Source of the DNA: Selaginella moellendorffii
Lineage: Eukaryota; Plantae; Lycopodiophyta
Assembly: GCF_000143415.4 (NCBI RefSeq)
Contig: NW_003314264.1
Coordinates: 3,047,710-3,111,709 of the forward strand
Direction of reading: 5' to 3'
DNA: 64,000 nt
Shown: piece by piece, positions 24,276-35,653 of the stretch
Layout: every line of letters begins with the position of its first letter
Numbering within the stretch: the first letter of the stretch is position 1
The notes under the pieces: generated by a model
What the model was told of the DNA's origin: nothing
Databases searched by the model: none
The model's input: only the letters and a program-made list of their open reading frames with translations
Made by a program: the position numbers and the translations under genes

Positions 24276-27200
24276 ATGATCAGGAAACAAGTATGGGGGC
24301 GGGGAGTGGCGATCGATCGCGGCGTGGAGGCGTCGCTGGCGGCGCTAGAGAGCAGCTACTCCCAGGAGCCGCTCAATGTGTACGCGTCGCTGATCCGGCA
24401 GTGCGGCGACGCGCGAGCGTACCTGGACGGCCGCAAAATCCATCGCCATCTCGAGAAGAAGGGGTATGCCAAGAACAGCACTCTCGTCAATTGCCTGATC
24501 CAGATGTATGGCAAATGCGGACAGCTCGAGGACGCGCTGGGCGTCTTCGAATCCTCGGACAGGAGCGAGCACTCGTGGAGCACCATCATCGGCGCCTTCG
24601 CCAAGAACGGGAGGAAGAAGGAGGCGCTGGATCTCTACAGGAGATTCAGGGGCGAGGGCGCGCGGCCTAGCGGGAGCTCGGTGCTCATCAGCGCCATGGC
24701 GGCTTGCAGCTGCCCGGATGATATTGCCGAGGGGCGGGAGATCCACAGGGCTATCGTCTCGGCTGGATGGCTGCGCAGATCATCGGACAAGGTCTCGGAC
24801 ACCATCCTGGAGACCGCGGTGTTTAGCATGTACGCGAGGTGTGGCAGCATGGACGAGGCACGGGAGATCTTCGATCGAGTGCCGGACAAGGACGTGGTGT
24901 GCTACACGATCATGATCTCGGCGTATGCCCAGAAGGGGTATCACAGGGAAGCGCTCGAGCTCTACGAGGAGATGGACGAGCGTGGAGTGGATCCCAACGA
25001 CAAGACCTTTGCGTGCGTTCTCTCGGCTTGCGCGGGGCTCAAGGACATGGAGAGAGGGAAGAAGGTCCACAGGAGGATCCGGGAGAGCGTCGCTCGCGTC
25101 GACACCGTGCTCCAGAACGCGCTGCTCAACCTGTATGCCAAGTGTGGGGATTTGGAGGAGTCGCGGAGGATCTTCGAGGCGATGGAGAGGAGGACGGTGG
25201 CGACTTGGAACACGATGATCACGGCTTACGTCCAGCACGATTTCTTCCAAGAGGCGCTGGAGGCTTTTCGCCGGATGGACGCACCACCCAGCTCCATCAC
25301 TTTCACGTCGGTTCTCGGGGCCTGCTGCTCCCCCGACGATCTGGAAACTGGTAAAGCCATTCACAGGCAGATTGGTGGTAGTTCTCCGCAAATTCAAGCT
25401 GACGAGATTTTGCAGAACTCGCTCGTCACCATGTATGGGAAGTGTGGGAGCCTGGAGGACGCGGAGAGGGTGTTCCATGGGATTCGTAGGAAGAACGCTT
25501 TCTCGTGGACTGCGATGATCACGGCTTACGCGCAGAATGGATATGAAAGGAGAGCGATCGAGGTATTTGGTGATATGATGTCGGAGGGAAGGGTGGAACC
25601 GGATCCTATAACTTATGCTGGCGTTCTCACTGCTTGCAGTACTCTCGGCGACTTGGAAACCGGTATGAGGATTCACGCGTTGATACGTTCCAAAGGAGTG
25701 GAGTCCGCGATGGTTTCGACTGGGCTGATAGACTTATATGGAAAGTGGGGTTTCTTCGAGGACGCATTACAGGTTTTCGAGAGCGTTCGAGACAGGGACG
25801 TGGTTATCTGGACTGCCTTTATCGCCGCTTGTGTCTACCACGGACAGTCGGGTTTTGCTCTCGAGCTATTCAGAAAGATGGAAGCGGAAGGCTTACAGGC
25901 AAATAACGTTACTTTCTCCAAGATTCTTGCTGCTTGCAGCAACTTGGAAGACTTTGAGACAGGGAAAACCATCGAAGACCGCATATACACGTTGGGCCTA
26001 GAATATGACGATGTTCTTCAAGATGGGATACTGTCCTTGCACGCCAGGTGTGGGAGTTTGGTCGGGACCAGAGAAATGTTCGACCGGATGCCGCACAGAA
26101 CCGTAGTAACGTGGACAACTATGATAGCAGCTTACAACCAACGGGGGTACTCTATGGAGGCACTCGAACTCTACCACTGTATGGACATTGAGCCGGACGA
26201 CATCGCTCTCTCAAACGTTCTCCAGGCGTGTAGCAGGCTTAAAAACTTGGAGCAAGGCAGGGCAGTCCATTCACGTATTGCCTCGAGGGACTTTGAGCCG
26301 AGCTTGATGGTTCAGACGCTGCTGGTCGACATGTACGTGAAATGTGGGGATCTGGCTGAAGCAAGGAGAACATTTGACGGTTTCAAAGCGAGGGACGTGA
26401 TCTCTTGGACGTCGCTCATCACGGCCTACAGCCACGAGAACTTTGGACGGGAGGCGCTGGAAGTGTTTCACAGCATGGAGTTGGAAGGCGTGGAGCCAAA
26501 CAGCATCACCTTTTGCACCGTCATAGATGCTTGCTCGAGGCTGAGCTCGCTTCTTCCTGGCAGAGCTCTTCATTCGCGCGTTGTTGCGACGGGTCACATT
26601 TCGGATGAGTTTGTCGGGAACGCACTCGTCAGCATGTACTCCAAGTTCGGCCGCGTAGACTTCGCAAGGATGGTTTTCGACAGCATTCCGGTGAAGAGAT
26701 ATCCGTCCTGGCGCGTGATGCTGGTGGCCTTGACACAAAACGGCCACTCTCACGAGGCTCTAGAGATGTACAGCCGGATACACCTGGAAGGTTTCCGGCC
26801 CGGGAGTCCGATCTTCTCCGCAGCTTTGGTCTCATGCACGGCTCTCGAGGACGTGAGCAGAGCCCGGGCGATTCACGGCGTGATCAAGTCGAGTGACTTC
26901 TATCCAGACCTCGTCCTCAGCAACGTCTTGATGAACGTCTACGCCAAGTGTGGAGAGCTGGAGAAAGCCCGGCTGGTCTTCGACCAGATGACAGAAAAGA
27001 ACGAGGTCTCCTGGACGACAATGATCGGCGGCTACGCGCAAAACGGCCGTCCAGCGGAAGCTCTAGAGCTCTACAAAGCCATGGACGTCCAGCCGAACTT
27101 CATCGCGTTTGTGCCGGTTATAAGCTCCTGCGCGGACCTGGGTGCGCTCGTCGAAGGCCAGAGAGTCCACGCGCGGCTCTCAGACGCAGGCCTCCAGAAC

Positions 27201-27785
27201 AATGAAGTGATCGTCACCGCGCTCGTCAACATGTACGCCAAGTGTGGCAAGCTCGGGCTCGCGAGGGAGTTCTTCGACAGCACCTATTGCCCGGACGCCG
27301 GCGCGTGGAACTCCATGGCGACTGCCTACGCTCAGTTCGGTCACGGCAGCCAGGTGCTGGAGCTCTACCGGGAGATGTGCTTGCAAGGCGTCCAGCCCAA
27401 CGGGATCACGCTCCTCAGCGTTCTGGTGGCTTGCAGCCATATGGGAATGCTGGAGGAGTGCGAGCACCGCTTCGAGTGCATGGTCGCGGACCACGGCATT
27501 GCTCCAACGTCGGAGCACTACTCGTGCATGACAGACTTGCTGGGGAGGTCAGGGAGGCTGGAGGAAGCCGAGAAGGTGGTGAAGATGGCGAGCGGCGAAT
27601 CCGGCAGCGAAGCGGCCAGTCCGGTGGCTGTGTCGGCGTGGATGAGCTTCCTGGGAGCTTGCAAGACGCACAACGACTGGGGTAGAGCGGCGGGGGCGGC
27701 GGAGAAGCTGTACGAGCTGGATCCGGAGGACTCGGCTCCTTACGTGCTTCTTTCGCAGACTTACAGCCCACAGGCAAAGAAGTGA
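24276..27785 (+). CDS. Long PLS-class PPR protein with E domain
   Basis: Many PLS triplets, ends SAPYVLLSQTY; first ATG at 24276 (ORF track start 24231 is TTG). Confidence 0.93.
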   Translation: MIRKQVWGRGVAIDRGVEASLAALESSYSQEPLNVYASLIRQCGDARAYLDGRKIHRHLEKKGYAKNSTLVNCLIQMYGKCGQLEDALGVFESSDRSEHSWSTIIGAFAKNGRKKEALDLYRRFRGEGARPSGSSVLISAMAACSCPDDIAEGREIHRAIVSAGWLRRSSDKVSDTILETAVFSMYARCGSMDEAREIFDRVPDKDVVCYTIMISAYAQKGYHREALELYEEMDERGVDPNDKTFACVLSACAGLKDMERGKKVHRRIRESVARVDTVLQNALLNLYAKCGDLEESRRIFEAMERRTVATWNTMITAYVQHDFFQEALEAFRRMDAPPSSITFTSVLGACCSPDDLETGKAIHRQIGGSSPQIQADEILQNSLVTMYGKCGSLEDAERVFHGIRRKNAFSWTAMITAYAQNGYERRAIEVFGDMMSEGRVEPDPITYAGVLTACSTLGDLETGMRIHALIRSKGVESAMVSTGLIDLYGKWGFFEDALQVFESVRDRDVVIWTAFIAACVYHGQSGFALELFRKMEAEGLQANNVTFSKILAACSNLEDFETGKTIEDRIYTLGLEYDDVLQDGILSLHARCGSLVGTREMFDRMPHRTVVTWTTMIAAYNQRGYSMEALELYHCMDIEPDDIALSNVLQACSRLKNLEQGRAVHSRIASRDFEPSLMVQTLLVDMYVKCGDLAEARRTFDGFKARDVISWTSLITAYSHENFGREALEVFHSMELEGVEPNSITFCTVIDACSRLSSLLPGRALHSRVVATGHISDEFVGNALVSMYSKFGRVDFARMVFDSIPVKRYPSWRVMLVALTQNGHSHEALEMYSRIHLEGFRPGSPIFSAALVSCTALEDVSRARAIHGVIKSSDFYPDLVLSNVLMNVYAKCGELEKARLVFDQMTEKNEVSWTTMIGGYAQNGRPAEALELYKAMDVQPNFIAFVPVISSCADLGALVEGQRVHARLSDAGLQNNEVIVTALVNMYAKCGKLGLAREFFDSTYCPDAGAWNSMATAYAQFGHGSQVLELYREMCLQGVQPNGITLLSVLVACSHMGMLEECEHRFECMVADHGIAPTSEHYSCMTDLLGRSGRLEEAEKVVKMASGESGSEAASPVAVSAWMSFLGACKTHNDWGRAAGAAEKLYELDPEDSAPYVLLSQTYSPQAKK

Positions 27786-28150
27786 GACCGCGATCGAATA
27801 TTCCGCCACTCTTGAGCTTGATGCTTTGAAAGGCTGAGATTAAAGATGCCCTTATGTTTACTCAACTAAAAGCTCTTCAGTGGGGTTAGAGGGTGGTCGC
27901 ATCAAACCTGTATGTAAATTAGTTTAAATGTTTGTTTCGGATTGCAGTTGAACTTTTAACTTCTTTTAAGTTTAAGATTAAATAAAGGGAAAATTGCCTT
28001 TATATCGTGTCCAAAAAAGCCTTTGTGAAGTTTAATAACTCAAATTAATATTCTATTTTTTATGTATATATCATTATAATTAACCTAAAAAATACTTTAG
28101 TTTTTCGTTTGCATAAGGGATAGTAATGGATGTACCAAGAATATACATAT

Positions 28151-28342
28151 ATTCTAGAATATTTTAATATCTAACGTTTGTTATTCATTTAGATTAATCT
28201 TCTACATATAATTTATAAACATGTTTATAATTTATAAACTTTCATAAACACTTCCTAATATATTTGAGTTTATTCTATTATCTAATAGATGATATGCAAT
28301 AAGATTAATCTTGTATTTGTAAATTATAAATATGTTATAATT
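28151..28342. repeat. AT-rich dispersed repeat, copy A
   Basis: Similar to 36695-36888; palindromic core TTATAAACATGTTTATAA. Confidence 0.7.
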
Positions 28343-29406
28343 ATAAGCTCTCATTTATCAATTGGATTACTAAATATGAATAACACTACTATTAAGCAAA
28401 CCATTGCTACAAGAAAATTATTAATATAGTTAGCATTTTGGTGTATTATATATAATACAATTTTAGGATAATCACAGCTAAAAGGCAATATATGATTTGA
28501 TCAACAAAATATTTACTTGAGATTCATATTTCTTTAAGATGTTCTTAAAGTTTTGGATCTAAGATTTAGTTTGCTTCATGGATCTAAAATCTATACTTTA
28601 TTTGTGTTTCTTTAGGTAAAAGTTATACTTTTCTTATATTTTGTAATTCTTATGTATTCTTAACTTCATAACAATATCAAGATGGCCTTTTAAAGTTATT
28701 CTTGGTCGAGAAGCCATCTCCAAAGAAGAGAAGAATTCCACCAACCATAGCTCCCAGCCCATGACCATGAATTTCTTGATTTGTCCAGATCCAAATTTTC
28801 TTCCACAATTGTTGTTGCCAGTTGCTTTTTTGCCTCATCAATTCTTTCATCGTGGATGACCTTGCTCAAGAAAATCTTTATGTCGAAGATTATGTAGCCC
28901 CACTTCTTCTTTTGATCAACACTTTATTCTCGTGAGTTTCTTTGTGTTCCAAAAAATATCTTACCTGTTTACCCAACCTGCTTTACACCAACTACTTCTT
29001 TCTTGTCTCATCATCCAAATCAAACAGCATCTTCTCAAACAAAATTGTTAAGATTCTGCTGCTAATCATGGTATGGGGCAGTGACCCATTTGGAAGCAGC
29101 TTGAACCAAGTAGCAAGAAGCATCAAAACATTAGGCATGGTAGAATCGCTTCTCAACCACTCCAACGAAAAATTCGAGCATTTTCAGCTTGCTGGTGGCT
29201 GCCCATGTCCTCCTCAGCAGCATTTGCCAGCTTGATAATCACTCGCTCTAAGAACTTTGCCACCTTTTCCATGGCTTAGGGATAGACTTTGGACGAACAA
29301 CTTCAGAGTCTGCTACAATTGTATACAATTCTCGCAAAAAGGGACCAATGTAAAAGAACGCATATTATCTGGGTATTCTGTTTTTCAGGAGCATATTCAG
29401 AGCATG

Positions 29407-30151
29407 TCAAATGTTTTGAAAAGTAAAAGGCCCGCCATTGGAGCACGGCTTGCCGCAGAGCCCCGGATTGGCTCCCGCCTCTAGGTATGGCACAGTGAGG
29501 AGACGTTCAAGTAGTTCATGTTCTTGAGCGCCAGGAATTCCACTGGAATCTTGCCGGTCAAGGCGAGATTCAGCGTCTTCAAACTCGTGAGATTGGCGAG
29601 GCTGGGAGGGATGGCGCCAGTGGAGCGCCGTGAGTTGGCCAAGCTCTGGTGGGATTCTCCCAGTGATGTGGTTGGAGCCGAGGCTCAGCACTGCGACGAG
29701 GTCATTTCGTCTTGGATCATTGGGATCTTGGAGAACCAGCTCGGGTGAGCTGCGACGAGGTCGATCCGGAAAAGAAGTTCCCTCCCAAGTCAAGAACTTC
29801 CAGATGACGCAGCTTAACCAAAGGCAGGAGGTACGGGACCATCCGTGCCATTATCGTGGACGCTGAGAGTCCAGAGCTGAGAGAGGCTTCCCAGTTCTGG
29901 AGACAGCGTACCTCTTAATCCCATTGCCTCCAGCTTGAGCTCGCTCACACGTCCGCTAGCTCCGTCGCATTTGACACCAGGCCAGGCACAGGAGCTGGAT
30001 TGCTGAGTCTATTTGGTAAACAGGTTACTCCAATCCACGTGCGCACTTTTAAAGCCACTAATACCTTCTCGTCTTCACTGTTGCAGGATGCCGCAGTGGT
30101 GCCATGAACAAGGAGTGAAACGAGTAAACCAACGAGAAGTGTTCGAGACAT
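29407..30151 (-). pseudogene. Secreted LRR protein pseudogene (left-arm copy)
   Basis: Signal peptide, W.GVTC cap, LSLGSNHITGRIPPELG, NPGLCGKP; frameshifts and deletions. Confidence 0.8.
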
Positions 30152-30182
30152 TACAAGGGAACCCACAAGCCAATGATGATAC

Positions 30183-30320
30183 TGTTAAAGTGGCAATCCG
30201 TACGACATACGGACAGACACAGTGCCAGCTAGAGGAGACGCGTCGTTTTTGGTTGTACATTGACCAAAATCTCATGAATGAAAATCCATTCGATGGTCAA
30301 ACACAACATGGTATCAGAGC
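30183..30320 (+). mobile_element. Short LTR (TGTT...AACA, 126 bp) plus tRNA-iMet PBS; mirrored at 30678-30815
   Basis: CAACA followed by TGGTATCAGAGC at 30309-30320. Confidence 0.7.
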
Positions 30321-30846
30321 AGATCTATGATCTTGGATGACCAGAAGGAGAGACCATAGCTTCCGAATTCTGAATGCCTAAACTCACAACTTCTGAATTG
30401 TGAGTTTAGGTAGAGCCAAATCTGCTACTAGATCAAAGGAAGGCAGTGCTAGAGGATGAAGAGGAAGAGGAGGAAGAGGAGGGGGTGGAGGTATCTTCGT
30501 AGGAGGCACCCCTACCCACTCAATCCAGTTGTATTCCAGTTTGCAACTAAAACCCTAACTACCCGAGCCAACAATCTCCTCATCGTAATGCGCCCAGTGA
30601 TATGTCTCACTCTTGCTAGTGCATGCCTATGCATCCTATGCTGGTCTCTCCTTCTGGTCATCCAAGATCATAGATCTGCTCTGATACCATGTTGTGTTTG
30701 ACCATCGAATGAATTTTTATTCATGAGATTTTGGTCAATGTACAACCAAAAACGACGCGTCTCCTCTAGCTGGCACTGTGTTTGTCCGTATGTCGTACGG
30801 ATTGCCACTTTAACAGTATCATCATTGGCTTGTGGGTTCCCTTGTA

Positions 30847-31589
30847 ATGTCTCGAACACTTCTCGTTGGTTTACTCGTTTCACTCCTTGTTCATGGCACC
30901 ACTGCGGCATCCTGCAACAGTGAAGACGAGAAGGTATTAGTGGCTTTAAAAGTGCGCACGTGGATTGGAGTAACCTGTTTACCAAATAGACTCAGCAATC
31001 CAGCTCCTGTGCCTGGCCTGGTGTCAAATGCGACGGAGCTAGCGGACGTGTGAGCGAGCTCAAGCTGGAGTCAATGGGATTAAGAGGTACGCTGTCTCCA
31101 GAACTGGGAAGCCTCTCTCAGCTCTGGACTCTCAGCGTCCACGATAATGGCACGGATGGTCCCGTACCTCCTGCCTTTGGTTAATCTGCGTCATCTGGAA
31201 GTTCTTGACTTGGGAGGGAACTTCTTTTCCGGATCGACCTCGTCGCATCTCACCCGAGCTGGTTCTCCAAGATCCCAATGATCCAAGACGAAATGACCTC
31301 GTCGCAGTGCTGAGCCTCGGCTCCAACCACATCACTGGGAGAATCCCACCAGAGCTTGGCCAACTCACGGCGCTCCACTGGCGCCATCCCTCCCAGCCTC
31401 GCCAATCTCACGAGTTTGAAGACGCTGAATCTCGCCTTGACCGGCAAGATTCCAGTGGAATTCCTGGCGCTCAAGAACATGAACTACTTGAACGTCTCCC
31501 ACAACCACCTCACTGCGCCATACCTAGAGGCGGGGCTCTGCGGCAAGCCGTGCTCTAATGGCGGGCCTTTTACTTTTCAAAACATTTGA
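30847..31589 (+). pseudogene. Secreted LRR protein pseudogene (right-arm copy)
   Basis: MSRTLLVGLL..., GTLSPELGSL, TGAIPPSLANLTSLKTLNL, LNVSHNHLT, GLCGKP; broken frames. Confidence 0.8.
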
Positions 31590-31679
31590 CATTCTCTGAA
31601 TATGCTCCTGAAAAAAAGAATGTCCAGATAATATGCACATTGGTCCCTTTTTTGCTAGAATTGTATATAAAGGGTTTCA

Positions 31680-32066
31680 GACTCTGAAGTTGTTCGTCCA
31701 AAGTCTATCCCTAAGCCATGGCGAAGGTGGCAAAGTTCTTAGAGCAATTATCGAGCTGGCAAATGCCGCTGAGGAGGACATGGGCAATCCAAGCCAGCCA
31801 CCAGCAAGCTGAAAATGCTTGAATTTTTCATTGGACTGGTTGAGAAGTGATTCTACCATGCCTAATGTTTTGATGCTTCTCAAGCTGCTTCCAGATGGGT
31901 CACTGCCCCATACCATGATTAGCAGCACAATCTTCACAATCATATTTGAGAAAATGTTGATTGATTTGGATGATGAGATGAGAAAAAAGTAGTTAGTGTA
32001 GAGCAGGTTAGGCAAGTAGGTAAGGTATTTCTTGGAACACAAAGAAAAAACTCACAAGAATAAAAT
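31680..32066 (+). pseudogene. IWS1/TFIIS N-terminal-like fragment (mirrored at ~28800-29310 minus)
   Basis: AAEED...LLPDGSLP...IDLDDEMRKK*LV*SRLGK*VRYFLEHKE.TH.NK resembles IWS1 LPDGSLP...REQLKKSGLGKVIMFL. Confidence 0.5.
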
Positions 32067-33086
32067 CAAACACAACAACAAGCAAACCAATAGTTCACTA
32101 TAAATAATTTGCTATAGCAACATTATTTACTTAAAATATTATATGTTTTGTAAACCATCAATTATTGGAAATTTTTACAGTTTGTAATGACAAGATGATC
32201 TATATCCCAAGCAATTAAATTTTTAAGTCACTCAGCTTGAAAAAACATTCATGAAAACATAGTCCTTCTAAGGAGATTGGCAATCAAAAGAGACAGCAAG
32301 AGTTGAGCACCTTGGTGGTAGTTCTCAGTGACAAAATAGGTGTTGTGTGAGTAGGTTTTGTATTAACTTCTATCATTCTTCGTTATTTAAGTTTGTATTT
32401 GGGAAGGATATATGATCTCAATCACTATCTTTAGAGAAATTATATCCAATCTTTTTGCATGCTCCAGATATGTAGAGCTCATTAAATTTGCAACCAAGAA
32501 CTCCAGCATCTTCACTATGGCATTGTCCAGCACCTTTACTTTGGCATTGCCCACCATTTATATGCTAGAGTAGAAACCAAATGCTGAAAGAGCATTAAAC
32601 ATTTCGGTTCATCTTTACAATGCATTATAAACATATTTATAATTGCAATAAACTAGAATATACTTCAGGTGTTTTAAGAAAGTTATGAATATCGTGGTAA
32701 AATATACCAAATATATTTTGAGTATAGGCACTTTGAATATATAAGGAATCGTGTGAAAACTTCAAGATCTCGCCAAAAATTTGGTGTTCAGCATTGTTAA
32801 CTAGAACTTTTGATCTGGATTGTTCCAAACGTGAAAGGCAAGGCATTTGATCTCCTCCAGTAGAGAAGATAATTAGCTTTTTCATGCTCACACTGGCAGA
32901 GACGACCAGATTGGTAGAGAAAAAAGATTGGTATATTATACCTCATTCCTTGCTTCGTGCTGCTCCTTTTCCCCGTGCATTGAACAAAAACCTGCGAGGC
33001 ATTTAGGAAGCATAACTTTATCTATTAAATTTTTTCTCCTTGACATTTAGCAAAATTGATTAATTTCCAATACACTTCTATATGTG

Positions 33087-34085
33087 CTAGGTTGACCAAA
33101 TCTCTTTCCCCAAGTCCATCATATAAAGCCTGGCATGACCATCGTTTTCCATAGCCAGAACATATGAATACTTGCATCCATAGCTCGTTTTCGTCTTCCA
33201 GCTGACCCCTGCAATCCAGTGACCATGAGCACCCCATTCGTCCAGAGAGACAAAACACACGCTTGATCCCTCCCATGGAAAATCCTCCTCATGATCTCCC
33301 CGCTGTGACTACTTCTCACCACGAGATCACAGCCGGCCTCCATAGACAGCCTAAACTCCGTGCTCGGAGAGATTAAGCTGTTCCCCTTGGGTAACGTCGA
33401 TCCCTGGGGATGACTCCCGCCAACTAGAGAGGTAGAAAAGATCCAGCAATTCCCGACGTCAAGGTCAACAGCCTGGGCGACCGAGTCAACGACTGTGCTG
33501 ACTTGGTCAACGACCACAGCGTGGACGATACTGCCGCTGCCTGATCCACCTTCTTCAGGCCTATCGCCAGGATTGTGGTCGAATGGGGTTTGCTGGAATT
33601 CATACTCAATCCCATAGTAGCCGAGCACTATGTTGACGAGGCCATACCAGTTCTGTATTGGACCCGGGTCTAGCAGCTCTTGTCGGATGGTTGCAATCAT
33701 CCGCTCAACGCTGTCCAGGAGGTCGCTCCCTAGTAGGCTCGCACGACTCGGCGAGACAGAGCAAATGCCTGCGTTCTCGGTGTAAGGTTGGTTATAGAGC
33801 CACACTCTCACGCGGACGTAGGCATTGTTTGCGTACGGCACCACGAATCCCACGCTCCTCCCTGCAAAGTAGCCAAATTGGGCTCTAAATCTCCTCCCCA
33901 TGAAGTTCTCGAGGCGAACCATCAGGTCTTCGACACGCTCCACTGCAAGCAGCGCATAACCAAGTCGAAACCTGAAGATCCCACCAAAACGGTGATCCGC
34001 TGGGGGACTGTTCATAAGAGAGGAGATTTGAGCTCATGAGCAAAACAAGAATTAGAGCTGCAACAATGAACGCCATGTTTTTCAT
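33087..34085 (-). pseudogene. Secreted protein: unknown N-domain + C-terminal bulb-type (GNA-like) lectin; two apparent frameshifts
   Basis: Signal MKNMAFIVAALILVLL is out of frame with the 298-aa ORF; STLPKGNSLIS...LSMEAGCDLVV; shifted frame VSWKTKT...YVLAMENDGHARLY...IWST*. Confidence 0.7.
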
Positions 34086-35557
34086 TCTCACTCGCTTCCT
34101 AGTTCTGTGAGCAAATATCTCTTATTTATATCAATGTAAGTGATACAAATGTCTTCAGTTAGAACGTACTTTTTATTTTTGGCATATTAGCTGAGTGATC
34201 AAGGAGAGATTGTGTAAAAATTTATTTTAAAATAAATTTTAAAAATTTATATTGTGTATTAAATGTTTAGTTTACTTCGAACTGAGCTTTCTATCTATTT
34301 ATTATATATTTATTTTCATATTTTTCCACATATTATTTATGGCAATAAATATGTGATTGGCATTATATATTTACACATGTACATATTTATTTTTTTGTTT
34401 TGAGTTGTGCAAAAATATTATGCATACATTCACTTTTCAATTGTTATATAAACAACTGAAACATGATTGTGCATATAATATTTTTGTCATGAGGTATGCC
34501 ATGTATGTGTGGGGCATGACACATTAAACTGCTAGAGAAGATTAATGCCATGTCATCTCAAACAATATTATATTACCATAAATCTAGTGAAGGTATTTTT
34601 TTTTCTATTTTTGTGTTATTAAACATAGATTTGTGATCTCTTGATTGTGATCATCTTTCTTATCTCATTTCGCTTTATGACTCAATTTTTATGTCTTGGA
34701 GGCATATTTTAATTGCAATATATGATGGAAAAAATCACATGCAATTGATTCGAGCATAGAGGTAAGAGCAAAACATTTTTTTAGGTATTTGGGGCATTAG
34801 GTGCAATTGTTTTTCTGTGAGCAAATGGATTTTATTATAGTCATGACATAATGTTAGCTTGATTTATTTTTTACATTTTTAATCATGTGCTAAAGTTTAT
34901 GGTATTGTAATGGTTTGTTTGGGCTCGTTGTGCAAAAAGTTTTTTATTACCTTATTGAGGAGATAATCTTGAGTATTCAGCAATTGAGTTCAGCCCATAA
35001 CATCCAAAATATATTTAAAATCCAACTCACACACTAGAAAATGTCATATCTAAAAGCTCTAAGTCTAAATTCTAATGAATAAAAAAAATTGATTAGGAAT
35101 TAAATTTTTGTAATGCAAAAAAATCACATATACATCACTCATTTTACTTTGTCATGTATACATGGTAAGCATTAATGCATGCCCATGTGTATAAAGCTGT
35201 GTTCAAAATATTATTTTCTGGGCTATATATATATGTCACAACAATTTAAGTATATAAGTGATTTTGTTTTTTTATATATTTTGTAGGCTTTTACAATCTT
35301 TTGCCAGACCACCCACCCCAAGTACACCTCCTTTCTTGGGAGGTGTATATCCCCCTAAAACTGCTATTATAAATTATATGCCATATATTATTATATAATG
35401 TTTTTGATGTTATTCTATTCTTTGAGCCCTTCTAGGTGCTTATATTTATTCTTATTTACTGTTATGATTTCTAAATAAACAGAAAATATCTAGTTATCAA
35501 ACCAACAGATAATATAGTAGTGTTTAAGCCTATTATATTGTTTTATAAAATTATATC

Positions 35558-35571
35558 CACACACACACACA

Positions 35572-35649
<78 letters not shown>
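35558..35649. repeat. Compound microsatellite (CA)n-(AT)~37
   Basis: Seen directly. Confidence 0.98.

Positions 35650-35653
<4 letters not shown>

Larger units (their letters stand above)
28922..30356 (-). repeat. Left arm of long inverted repeat
   Basis: Reverse complement of 30642-32066; mirrored ORFs in the track. Confidence 0.95.
30642..32066 (+). repeat. Right arm of long inverted repeat
   Basis: Reverse complement of 28922-30356. Confidence 0.95.

Noticed and set aside
32400-32891. Possible short-chain dehydrogenase fragment (VLVNNA)
   Set aside because: Single short motif and no coherent gene model
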